Shown piece after piece: positions 37,255-45,313 of a stretch of DNA of 46,722 nucleotides. The notes beneath the pieces were generated by a model that searched no databases, was not told the origin of the DNA, and saw only the letters and a program-made list of their open reading frames with translations. Each line of letters begins with the position of its first letter. The stretch's first letter is position 1. The position numbers were made by a program, and so were the translations under genes. The stretch comes from an uncultured Bryobacterales bacterium. GTDB taxonomy: Bacteria; Acidobacteriota; Terriglobia; Bryobacterales; UBA6623. Location: contig CAYOPA010000002.1 in NCBI GenBank assembly GCA_964405625.1, positions 1 to 46,722 on the forward strand. The letters run 5' to 3'.

Positions 37255-38625
37255 CTACCCCTCTTTCTCAATGGTCGTCAGCAGCTTGCGCAGCAGCGGA
37301 CCGTAATCGCTCTTGCCCGGACAGACGAAGGTGCAGAGCGCGAGGTCTTCTTCGTCCAGCTCAAGCGCGCCGAGCTCTTCAGCGCGCTCCACATCCTGCA
37401 TCAACAAGGCGCGCAGCAAGAACGTCGGCAGAATGTCCATAGGCATCACCTCTTCGTACATGCCGATGGGAACCATGGCGCGGTCGGAGCCATTGGTCGT
37501 GGTGGTAAAACGAAACTTCGCGCCGGGCAGCACGCTGCCGAGGTACGCGTTGATGGTGGAATACTTCGTCGGCCCCAGCCCCAGCCAACCGAACAGCTCG
37601 CGTTCGCGGCCCTCTTCCAGCGCGGAAACCTGGAGGTGGTACCGACCCAGAAAGCCCGTCTCGGAGCCCTGCGCGGTGCGGCCGGAAAGCACCGAGCCCG
37701 ACACCACGCGGATCTCGCCGCCGATCAGTTGGCCTTCGGCGAGTTCGTCGACCGACACGCCGATCCGCGTGCGCAACAGCCGCGGGTCGGTAACCGCCGG
37801 CCCGGCCAGCGAAATCACTCGCTCGACGTCAATCGCCCCCGTGGCAAACAGCTTGCCGATGGCAATAACGTCCTGATACCCCACGTACCAAACCGTCCGC
37901 AAGCGGCTGACAGGCTTGACGAAATGGATGTGGACGCCGGGCGTGCCCGCCGGATGTGGTCCGGCGAACTCTTCCACCTGAACCTTGCCGTTGGAAGGGA
38001 CACGGACGCTCGAATCGGGGGCCTTGCAGACGTAAACGGGGAAATCGCCGAGGCGGCCCAGCGCCGCTACGCCGCGCTCGAAGTCCGCCTCCTTACCCTT
38101 CATCGCCACATCCACGGCGGGCGCGTGCGGGTTGGAATCCATCGCCGTGACGAAGATCGCCGCCGGCTGATCGGCAGGATTAGCGACGCGGCTGAAGGGC
38201 CGCATGCGCAACGAGGTCCACAAGCCGGACTCAATGAGCAGTTCCTTCACTTGGTCGGCCGAGAGCTCACCGACGGACTTTCCGGTGTAGCTTTCGAGCT
38301 TGACCGACTCCCCGCCGCCTTCGCGCTCGGCGTCGCTGAGCTCAATCACCACCGACATTAAGGCCCGCCGATCGCCGCGGTTGACCGCCGTGACCCTGCC
38401 CGCCGCCGGCGCCGTATAGCGCACGCCCGGCGTCTTCTTGTCCTCGAAGAGGAGCTCGCCGCGATGCACCTTGTCGCCTTGTTGGACGTGCATCGTGGGC
38501 TTCATGCCGACGTAATCGTCGGCGATCAACGCAACCCGACTCGGTTGCGGCGCGTCTTCGACGACTTGCCGCGGGTCGCCGGCAATCGGCAGATCCAGAC
38601 CTTTCTTGATGGTGTATCGACTCAT
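37255..38625 (-). CDS. nqrA: Na+-NQR subunit A
   Basis: [16 protein letters not shown] start and [15 protein letters not shown] motif. 456 aa, first gene of the operon. Confidence 0.95.
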   Translation of the reverse strand: MSRYTIKKGLDLPIAGDPRQVVEDAPQPSRVALIADDYVGMKPTMHVQQGDKVHRGELLFEDKKTPGVRYTAPAAGRVTAVNRGDRRALMSVVIELSDAEREGGGESVKLESYTGKSVGELSADQVKELLIESGLWTSLRMRPFSRVANPADQPAAIFVTAMDSNPHAPAVDVAMKGKEADFERGVAALGRLGDFPVYVCKAPDSSVRVPSNGKVQVEEFAGPHPAGTPGVHIHFVKPVSRLRTVWYVGYQDVIAIGKLFATGAIDVERVISLAGPAVTDPRLLRTRIGVSVDELAEGQLIGGEIRVVSGSVLSGRTAQGSETGFLGRYHLQVSALEEGRERELFGWLGLGPTKYSTINAYLGSVLPGAKFRFTTTTNGSDRAMVPIGMYEEVMPMDILPTFLLRALLMQDVERAEELGALELDEEDLALCTFVCPGKSDYGPLLRKLLTTIEKEG

Positions 38626-39045
38626 GCCTTCTCACACGAGCGGAATCCAAGACTCGCTTCCCGCTATCTTGCGCCGACCAGGCCGAGCGGCTGACTGCGC
38701 CAACAACCCTAGTCTCGCAAACAGCACGGGCTTGTCTTAGGTTCGCTTCCCTTCCTCTTCGGCTACGCCGCCCGCCCCGCCATGGCGTCGCAGCCGGGCG
38801 CGCCCGGACCATGCAGGCTTCCGCAGTCCCTCGCGGGGAGGGTGAGGAAGGGCTGCGCTACGGTGTCGGGCGAAGCTCTGACAGCGACCCAGGCTCAAGA
38901 CTGGGTGAATCGGCAAGAACTATCTTATATCTTAGCGTCCACAAGCGGTCGGCGTCACCTGTCGGCGCGGATTGCCCGGCCGGCGCGGAGAAATCACGGC
39001 AGGGCGCCGTCGGCCGGGATAGTATAATGGTGTTTCGGATCAGCG

Positions 39046-39300
39046 ATGCCGTCCCAACCCGCTCCGCGTCAAGACGTTAGCCCCCCGGCCGAGGATTGCT
39101 GCGAGATCGTGCTCAACGGCGACAGGCGGCGGATTCGGCCCGGTTCGACGGTTCTTGACCTGCTGGGGGAGCTTGAGCTTGGCATCGAAAGAGTCGCCGT
39201 GGAGGTCGATCGCCGCATTGTGCGCCGCTCGGACTGGGCTGGCCGCGAGCTCACTCCCGGAGCGGCCGTCGAGGTGGTGCAGTTCGTGGGGGGCGGATAA
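39046..39300 (+). CDS. thiS: ThiS/MoaD-like ubiquitin-fold sulfur-carrier protein (C-terminal GG)
   Basis: IVLNGDRRRI...TVLDLLGELEL...VAVEVDRRIVRRSDW...ELTPGAAVEVVQFVGGG matches ThiS length and pattern. An ~18-aa N-terminal extension makes the start uncertain. Confidence 0.7.
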   Translation: MPSQPAPRQDVSPPAEDCCEIVLNGDRRRIRPGSTVLDLLGELELGIERVAVEVDRRIVRRSDWAGRELTPGAAVEVVQFVGGG

Positions 39301-39395
39301 CCGTTATTTTTTTCAATCCTCTAGAAACGGCTGTTCAATCCCTCGGTTGCTGTCGTACAATTCAGTGGTTCCGCTGTCGATCACATTCACTCAAC

Positions 39396-39914
39396 ATGCC
39401 TGAGCCATACAGTTCAAACCGCCGAGATTCCCGCCGCGCCGAGGAAACCTACAGCAGTCTCGAGGTTTCCAAGATGACCGGAGTCAGCCTCCGGCAGTTG
39501 CAGTGGTGGGATGAGCAGGGCGTGGTCTCCCCCACGCAGCGCGGCCATCGCCGGCTCTATCAGATGCACGAGGTGGTCGAGGTCGGCCTCATCACCGAGC
39601 TGCGGCAGAAGGGGATTTCACTTCAGAAGATCCGCAAGGTGCTGGCGTTCCTCAACGACGAGCTCGGCGCCCGGCTGGCTGAAGCCGCGCACGACGGCGG
39701 AGAGATCCACTTGTTGACCGACGGCGAGAACTTGTACCTGGAGAGCAATCACCACACGATTGTGGATATTTTGAAGAGCTCCCTCCAGCCGCTGATCGGG
39801 GTCTGCATCTCCGACCAGGTCCAGCGCCTGGCGGCCAAGCTGGATGTGCGCAAGCCGGCGCAGTCCGAGCGCGGACGAGTGGAAAGCAACGGGCGGCGCG
39901 CCTCGGGGGCTTAG
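39396..39914 (+). CDS. MerR-family transcriptional regulator
   Basis: HTH region YSSLEVSKMTGVSLRQLQWWDEQGVVSPTQRGHRRLY...ELRQKGISLQKI. Confidence 0.85.
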   Translation: MPEPYSSNRRDSRRAEETYSSLEVSKMTGVSLRQLQWWDEQGVVSPTQRGHRRLYQMHEVVEVGLITELRQKGISLQKIRKVLAFLNDELGARLAEAAHDGGEIHLLTDGENLYLESNHHTIVDILKSSLQPLIGVCISDQVQRLAAKLDVRKPAQSERGRVESNGRRASGA

Positions 39915-40017
39915 CAGCCCGCGCCGGTTCCTCCTTGGGCCGGTTTTCAGGGCAATTCAGGCAGCCGCGCGCTCCGGCTCTCACGGCGCTCCATCCTGCG
40001 GTACAATCTGGGTCGCC

Positions 40018-41229
40018 ATGACCCGCCGTTCTCTGTTCAAATCCATCCCCCTGGCCGCCGCCGCGGCGACGGCCCCTGTTTCGGCCGCGCTGCCCAAGAA
40101 CAAGATCCGCCGCATCCGCTACTACCACGTCTCCACGTCGCGGCCCATCTTCAACCAGTCCTCCCACGTGGTCACCATCGAGACCGAAGGCGGAATCACC
40201 GGCATCGGCGAGGGCGGTTCGAAAGATACGATCGAGCAGCTCGCCGGGCTGATTATCGGCGAGGACCCCTCGCGCATCGAGCACCTGTGGCAGCTCATGT
40301 ACCGCCACTACTTCTACCCGCCGGGACGGGAAAAGGTGCATGCGCTGGGGGCTCTGGATCTGGCGCTGTGGGACATCAAGGGCAAGGCGCTCGGCGTGCC
40401 GGTCTATGAGCTGCTCGGCGGTCTGACGCGCAACCACGTCGAGTGCTACTCGACCGGCTATCCCAACCAGGGCTCGGTGCGCGAGACGGCGCGGGCCTGC
40501 ATCGAAGCCGGTTTCCGGGCCTTTCGCACCGGCGCGGGCTCGGGCTCCCGCGACAACGTTTTCCACGCCCGGCAGCAAGTCGACGCCACCTTCAAGCACT
40601 GCCAAGAAATTCTTGAGGGCGTCGGCGAAGAGGGCGACTGGGCGATCGACTACCATACGCGCTTCGATTTCGCCGACGCGGTGCGGCTTTCTACGCTGCT
40701 GGAGCCCCTGCGCCCGCTGTTCTGCGAGGACTTGGTGAGGTCGGAAAACCCGGAAATCTACCGGCGCCTGCGGCCGATGGTGAAAGTTCCGATCGCGGTA
40801 GGGGAGCAGTTCGGCGACCGCTGGGACTCGAACATGCTCATCGAGAACGATCTAATTGATTGGACCCGCGTAACGCTGCCCAACGCAGGCGGGATCACGG
40901 AATTCATGAAGCTGATCGCGCTGTGCGAGACGCACTACGTGGCCGTCGCGCCACACTTTACCGGACCGATCGCCGAGGCCGCCTGCGTCCACTGCACAGC
41001 CGCATCGTCGGGTCCCGTGCTGATGGAGATGACCGGCGACGGCTCCATGGAATACCCGCACCTGCCCGCCGTTTATGACTTCCGCAACGGCAAGATGTGG
41101 CCGAACGAGCGGCCCGGACTGGGCGTCGAGTTCGACCCGAGCCGCGCCGACCTGGTCCTGGAAGTGACCGAGCTGTCGCGCCCGATTCCGTTGTACTACC
41201 GGCCGGATGGGTCGGTGACGAATTGGTGA
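40018..41229 (+). CDS. Tat-exported enolase-superfamily enzyme (mandelate racemase/muconate lactonizing family, sugar-acid dehydratase-like)
   Basis: Tat motif TRRSLFK at ATG 40018. GITGIGEGG, ALDLALWDIKGKALGVPVYELLGG, EDL and ITEF-type motifs. The upstream part of ORF 39844..41229 overlaps the MerR gene and is rejected. Confidence 0.85.
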   Translation: MTRRSLFKSIPLAAAAATAPVSAALPKNKIRRIRYYHVSTSRPIFNQSSHVVTIETEGGITGIGEGGSKDTIEQLAGLIIGEDPSRIEHLWQLMYRHYFYPPGREKVHALGALDLALWDIKGKALGVPVYELLGGLTRNHVECYSTGYPNQGSVRETARACIEAGFRAFRTGAGSGSRDNVFHARQQVDATFKHCQEILEGVGEEGDWAIDYHTRFDFADAVRLSTLLEPLRPLFCEDLVRSENPEIYRRLRPMVKVPIAVGEQFGDRWDSNMLIENDLIDWTRVTLPNAGGITEFMKLIALCETHYVAVAPHFTGPIAEAACVHCTAASSGPVLMEMTGDGSMEYPHLPAVYDFRNGKMWPNERPGLGVEFDPSRADLVLEVTELSRPIPLYYRPDGSVTNW

Positions 41230-41252
41230 GCCGTGAGCGGTGAGCGGTGAGC
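41225..41252. repeat. Four tandem heptamers (GGTGAGC CGTGAGC GGTGAGC GGTGAGC) between two convergent stop codons
   Basis: Read directly. Starts inside the TGA stop of the enolase-family gene (41227-41229) and ends 6 nt before the plsC stop (41258-41260). Confidence 0.8.
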
Positions 41253-41257
41253 AGTGG

Positions 41258-41992
41258 TTAGCTCCAGTGGGGGGCTTGCCACATTTCCGCGACCGTTGCC
41301 TGGACTTTCGCGATGAGGTCCTTGGCGTCGCGGTTTTTCAGGCCGGCGGTCGGGATCGGGTCGCCCACGCGGAGCTCGGCTCGGCCGGGGCGTAAATGCG
41401 TGGACGCCGGCGAGAGGATCTTTCTCGTGCCTACGATCGCCATCGGGACAATCGGCGCGCCGGCGGCAATGGCGATATAGGCCGCGCCAGGTTTGAACGG
41501 CCGCATCACCTCCTCGCGCGTTCGCCCGCCTTCGGGGAACAGCAAAATCGACCAGCCGTCGCGCAGCTTGTCCGCGCCGCGACCGATGCTTTTGTGAGCC
41601 TCACGAGGGTTTTCGCGGTTGACCGGCACATGCCCGGCGCGGTTGAGGTGCCAGCCCAGAAACGGAATCTTCCATAGCCCGTGCCGCGCCAGGATGCGGA
41701 ACTCGCGCGGCATGAAGCCGAACATCAGCGGCGTGTCGATCAAGCTGAAGTGGTTGGAGCAAAACACGTAGGGCTGCGCCGGGTCCAGGCGATGCGCGCC
41801 GATCACGTCCACCTTTACCAAGAAAACCTTGATCAGCATCCGCGCCCAGGTGACGGCGACCTTGTGCTGCAACCGTCCGCTGGAGTCAAAGAACGAGCAG
41901 CCGAACGACAACGCCCCCATGAGGATCGTCGCGACGACGACCCAGGGGATCATGATCAGCACCGAGCGGGCGTGGCTCAACAGCTCTCGCAT
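41258..41992 (-). CDS. plsC: 1-acyl-sn-glycerol-3-phosphate acyltransferase
   Basis: HX4D motif SNHFSLID and FPEGGRT motif. Start at internal ATG 41992 (MRELLSHARSVLIMIPWVV, TM helix). The longer ORF extension overlaps folC. Confidence 0.85.
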   Translation of the reverse strand: MRELLSHARSVLIMIPWVVVATILMGALSFGCSFFDSSGRLQHKVAVTWARMLIKVFLVKVDVIGAHRLDPAQPYVFCSNHFSLIDTPLMFGFMPREFRILARHGLWKIPFLGWHLNRAGHVPVNRENPREAHKSIGRGADKLRDGWSILLFPEGGRTREEVMRPFKPGAAYIAIAAGAPIVPMAIVGTRKILSPASTHLRPGRAELRVGDPIPTAGLKNRDAKDLIAKVQATVAEMWQAPHWS

Positions 41993-42048
41993 GAGGTTAG
42001 AAAGCGATCCGCGGGACGGAAGGAAGGCCGCGCGCAAAGGGCCTCTCC

Positions 42049-43326
42049 TCAGTTTGCCAGGATCAGCGGGCGTATTTCTCCCAGCAAAAAGATCGACCCG
42101 GCCGCCACGATCAGCCCCCGCTTCCCCGCTCCCTCCCGCGCTTGACGCAACGCTTCGGCGGGAGGCTCCACGGACTGGATCTCCGGATGTAGATGATCGG
42201 TGAGCTCCAGCAGCGTTCGCGGGCTGACCGAGCGCTGCACCGCCGAGCGCGTCAGTAACACCCGCTTGGCTAAGGGGAACAGCAGCCCGGCAACCTCCTC
42301 CACGGCCTTGTCCCGCGAGGAGCCGTAGATCAGGCAAATTTCGCGATCGGCGTGGAACCGCCGAAGGTATGCCGCCAGCGCCCGCGCGCCGGAGGGGTTG
42401 TGGGCGGCGTCGAGCAGGCTGGGCGGCCGGCCTTCAAACCACTCCAGCCGGCCCGGCCATTGGGCGGCTTCCAGGCCCGCGCGGATCGCCTCGGGCGCAA
42501 TCGTGAGTCGGTCCAGCGCGGCAGCCGCGGTCAAGGCGTTGCCCGCCTGATGCTCGCCGGCCAGGGCGAGCCGCGTCGTCAAGCCCAAGGCGGAAATTTC
42601 AAAGCGCCCCAGCGAGTCAGGCCGGGCGGAAACAAGCGGCTGGAGCTCCGGCGCGAAAACCAGATCCACGCCGAGCTCGACGGCCTTTTCCTCCAACGCC
42701 CGGCGCGCCTCCGGTTGCTGCGCGGCGGAGATGGCCTGGCCGCCGGATCGAAAGATCCCCGCCTTCTCCCCCGCGATGCGCCACAATCCCTTGCCGAGCC
42801 AGCTTTCGTGGTCGAGGTCGATCGGCGTGATGACGGCGAGCTCGGAATCGACCACGTTGGTGGCGTCCAACCGCCCGCCCAGGCCCACTTCAATGACGCC
42901 CCAATCGACCCCGGCGCTGCGAAAGGCGCAGAACGCCGTCGCCGTGATCGCCTCAAACAAAGTGGCGCGATGAGCGAAATCGCCTTGCGCGGCCAGCGAC
43001 TCGATCGCCGCTCGAACCGCCTCGACAGCCGCGACAAAGCCCTGGTCGTCGATGGGCCGGCCGTCAATCTGGATGCGCTCGTTGAAGCGCGTCAGATGCG
43101 GCGAGCTGTAGAAGCCGGCTTTGGCGCCGGAGGCCCGCAGCCCCGCCGCGATCATGGCCGCCGTGGAGCCTTTGCCGTTGGTGCCGGCGACGTGAACGAC
43201 GCGGAAGCTCCTGTCCGGGCGCCCGAGCCGGTCCACAAGCGCCGTCATGCGTTGCAGGCCCAGTCCCGCCCCGCCGCTCTCGCCCAATAGCGAAAACAGA
43301 TAGCCGACCGCCTGCTGGTAGGTCAT
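42049..43326 (-). CDS. folC: Bifunctional folylpolyglutamate synthase / dihydrofolate synthase
   Basis: P-loop HVAGTNGKGST and Mur-ligase-family middle and C-terminal motifs. 4-nt overlap with accD, matching the classic accD-folC arrangement. Confidence 0.92.
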   Translation of the reverse strand: MTYQQAVGYLFSLLGESGGAGLGLQRMTALVDRLGRPDRSFRVVHVAGTNGKGSTAAMIAAGLRASGAKAGFYSSPHLTRFNERIQIDGRPIDDQGFVAAVEAVRAAIESLAAQGDFAHRATLFEAITATAFCAFRSAGVDWGVIEVGLGGRLDATNVVDSELAVITPIDLDHESWLGKGLWRIAGEKAGIFRSGGQAISAAQQPEARRALEEKAVELGVDLVFAPELQPLVSARPDSLGRFEISALGLTTRLALAGEHQAGNALTAAAALDRLTIAPEAIRAGLEAAQWPGRLEWFEGRPPSLLDAAHNPSGARALAAYLRRFHADREICLIYGSSRDKAVEEVAGLLFPLAKRVLLTRSAVQRSVSPRTLLELTDHLHPEIQSVEPPAEALRQAREGAGKRGLIVAAGSIFLLGEIRPLILAN

Positions 43327-44171
43327 TGGACCGGGCCGAGGAAGAAGTGGAAAGCGCGGCTGAGGTACTGACGCATGCGGGTGCGCGGCACGACGGCGTC
43401 GAGCATGCCGTGCTCAAGCAAAAATTCGGCGCGCTGAAAGCCCTTCGGCAATTTTTGGCGGATCGTCTGCTCGATGACGCGCGGGCCGGCGAAACCGATC
43501 AAGGCGCCGGGCTCGGCGATATTCAAATCGCCCAGCATCGCGAAGCTGGCGGTAACGCCTCCGGTGGTTGGATCGGTCAGGATGCTGACGAACGGCAGCT
43601 TGGCGGCGCTGAGCTTGGTCAAGGCGGCCGAGATCTTGGCCATCTGCACCAAGCTGACCATGCCCTCCATCATCCGCGCGCCGCCGGAGGCCGACACAAC
43701 CACCACGGGCGCCTTGCTCTCGATGCCGCGCTCGATGGCCCGCGTGATCATCTCGCCGACGACGGCGCCCATGCTGCCGCCGATAAAGCGATATTCGATG
43801 GCTGCAATGACGACCGGACGGCTCTCGATGCGGCCTTCGGCGGCGATGATCGCGTCCTTTAAGCCGGTCTTCGCCTGCGCCTGCTCCAGCCGCTCCTTGT
43901 AAGACTTTTGGTCCACGAACTGAAGCGGGTCCGTGGCTTGCAGCGTCGGCGAGAGCTCCACATAGACGCCTTCGTCAAACAACGCCTTGAGCCGGTCGAC
44001 GGCGCTGATCTTGAAGTGGAATCCGCACTTGGAGCAGACCGACAGCGCCGCGTCGAGATCCTTCTTCCAGATGATCGCGCCGCAGGAGTCGCATTTGATC
44101 CACAGTCCTTCAGTTCGAACCTTCTTCGGCTCGGGCTGCGGGTCGTTCTTATCCTTGCGAAACCAAGACAT
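43323..44171 (-). CDS. accD: Acetyl-CoA carboxylase carboxyltransferase beta subunit
   Basis: Start at ATG 44171 (MSWFRKDK...). Zn-ribbon CDSCG...CSKCG. Carboxyltransferase core GGSMGAVVGE...SGGARMMEG. The upstream 200 codons of the track ORF are antisense to the Gfo/Idh/MocA gene. Confidence 0.93.
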   Translation of the reverse strand: MSWFRKDKNDPQPEPKKVRTEGLWIKCDSCGAIIWKKDLDAALSVCSKCGFHFKISAVDRLKALFDEGVYVELSPTLQATDPLQFVDQKSYKERLEQAQAKTGLKDAIIAAEGRIESRPVVIAAIEYRFIGGSMGAVVGEMITRAIERGIESKAPVVVVSASGGARMMEGMVSLVQMAKISAALTKLSAAKLPFVSILTDPTTGGVTASFAMLGDLNIAEPGALIGFAGPRVIEQTIRQKLPKGFQRAEFLLEHGMLDAVVPRTRMRQYLSRAFHFFLGPVQ

Positions 44172-44261
44172 TGGGCACGGAGCGCTTCGCCCGATGATAG
44201 CAGTTGAGCCCCCTGCGACGATGGAGACGGCCATCCCCGCTTCGCCGGGTGTGCGAAGATT

Positions 44262-45287
44262 GTGAACCGAAAAGCCATGCAAAAAGTGAAATGGGGCGTC
44301 ATCAGCGTCGCCAAGATTGGGACCCAGAAAGTGATCCCCGCCATGCAGCGCGGCGAGCTGAGCGAAGTCGCCGCCATCGCCTCGCGCGACCTGGACCGCG
44401 CCCGCCGCACGGCCGACGAGCTGGGAATCCCCACGGCATACGGCTCCTACGAGGAGCTGCTGGCCGACCCCGAAATCGAGGCCGTCTACAACCCCCTGCC
44501 TAACCACCTTCACGTGGAGTGGTCCGTCCGAGCCGCCGAGGCCGGCAAGCACGTGCTGTGCGAGAAGCCGATCGGCCTCAACGCCGCCGAGGCGCGCAAA
44601 CTGGTCGAGGCCCGAGACCGCACCGGCGTGGTCATCCAGGAAGCCTTCATGATCCGCGCGCATCCGCAGTGGGCGCGGGCGCGCGAGATTGTGCGCAGCG
44701 GCGAAATCGGCGAATTGCGCGCGATACAAGGCGTGTTCAGCTACTTCAACGCCGATCCGGCCAATATCCGCAACCAAGTCGAGATCGGCGGCGGCGGCGT
44801 TTATGACATCGGCTGTTACCCGATCGTCGCCTCGCGCTACCTGTTTGAGGCCGAGCCGAGCCGCGTGGTGGCCCTGCTGGACCGCGATCCGGCGATGAAG
44901 ACCGACCGGCTGGCGAGCGCCCTGATGGAGTTCCCAGGCGGCCAGGCGAGCTGGATCTGCTCGACGCAGCTCGTGCCGTTCCAGCGGCTACATGTTTTCG
45001 GCACGAAAGGCCGGATTGAGCTGCTGATCCCATTTAACGCGCCGCCGGACGAGCCGTGCCGGCTGTTTGTGGACGACGGCTCGAAGCTCGGCGGCCGGGC
45101 GGCGCGCGAGGAGCTGTTGCCGGTCTGCGACCAGTACACGCTGCAAGGGGACTTGTTCTCCGAGAGCGTGCGGACAGGCAAACCGCTAGAGTTTCCTATC
45201 GAGGACTCGGTGAAGAACATGGAAATTCTCGACGCCGTGTACCGGTCGGGCGAGACGGGCTCCTGGGAAACCGTCGGGACCGCGTAA
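44262..45287 (+). CDS. Gfo/Idh/MocA-family NAD(P)-dependent oxidoreductase
   Basis: KWGVISVAKIGTQKVIPAM Rossmann start and EKP motif (HVLCEKPIGL). GTG 44262 or ATG 44277 start. Confidence 0.85.
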   Translation: MNRKAMQKVKWGVISVAKIGTQKVIPAMQRGELSEVAAIASRDLDRARRTADELGIPTAYGSYEELLADPEIEAVYNPLPNHLHVEWSVRAAEAGKHVLCEKPIGLNAAEARKLVEARDRTGVVIQEAFMIRAHPQWARAREIVRSGEIGELRAIQGVFSYFNADPANIRNQVEIGGGGVYDIGCYPIVASRYLFEAEPSRVVALLDRDPAMKTDRLASALMEFPGGQASWICSTQLVPFQRLHVFGTKGRIELLIPFNAPPDEPCRLFVDDGSKLGGRAAREELLPVCDQYTLQGDLFSESVRTGKPLEFPIEDSVKNMEILDAVYRSGETGSWETVGTA

Positions 45288-45313
45288 GGTCCGCCAGGCG
45301 TTATCCTCTTGGT

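Noticed and set aside
33074-38361. Several long plus-strand ORFs across the nqr operon (33074..34015, 33498..34583, 35228..35863, 36199..36891, 37048..38361)
   Set aside because: All are antisense to nqrA-F, whose products carry diagnostic motifs. Their compositions are Arg/His/Asp/Gly-rich and non-protein-like.
38830-38930. Possible TPP (THI-box) riboswitch upstream of thiS
   Set aside because: Only loose resemblance (ctgaca...accc...ctgggtgaat) to the CUGAGA / ACCUGAUCUGGAUAAUGCCAGCG core. I could not build the conserved P2-P5 helices, and it needs an Rfam scan before any claim.
41993-42337. N-terminal 115 codons of the plsC ORF
   Set aside because: It overlaps the 3' end of folC in another frame and is Gly/Arg/Ala-rich. 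A TM-helix start at ATG 41992 fits PlsC.
42352-43290. 312-aa plus-strand ORF
   Set aside because: It is antisense to folC (P-loop GTNGKGST present on the minus strand).
44172-44777. N-terminal 202 codons of the 484-aa ORF containing accD
   Set aside because: It is antisense to the Gfo/Idh/MocA gene. AccD homologues start at the MSWF...Zn-ribbon region (ATG 44171).
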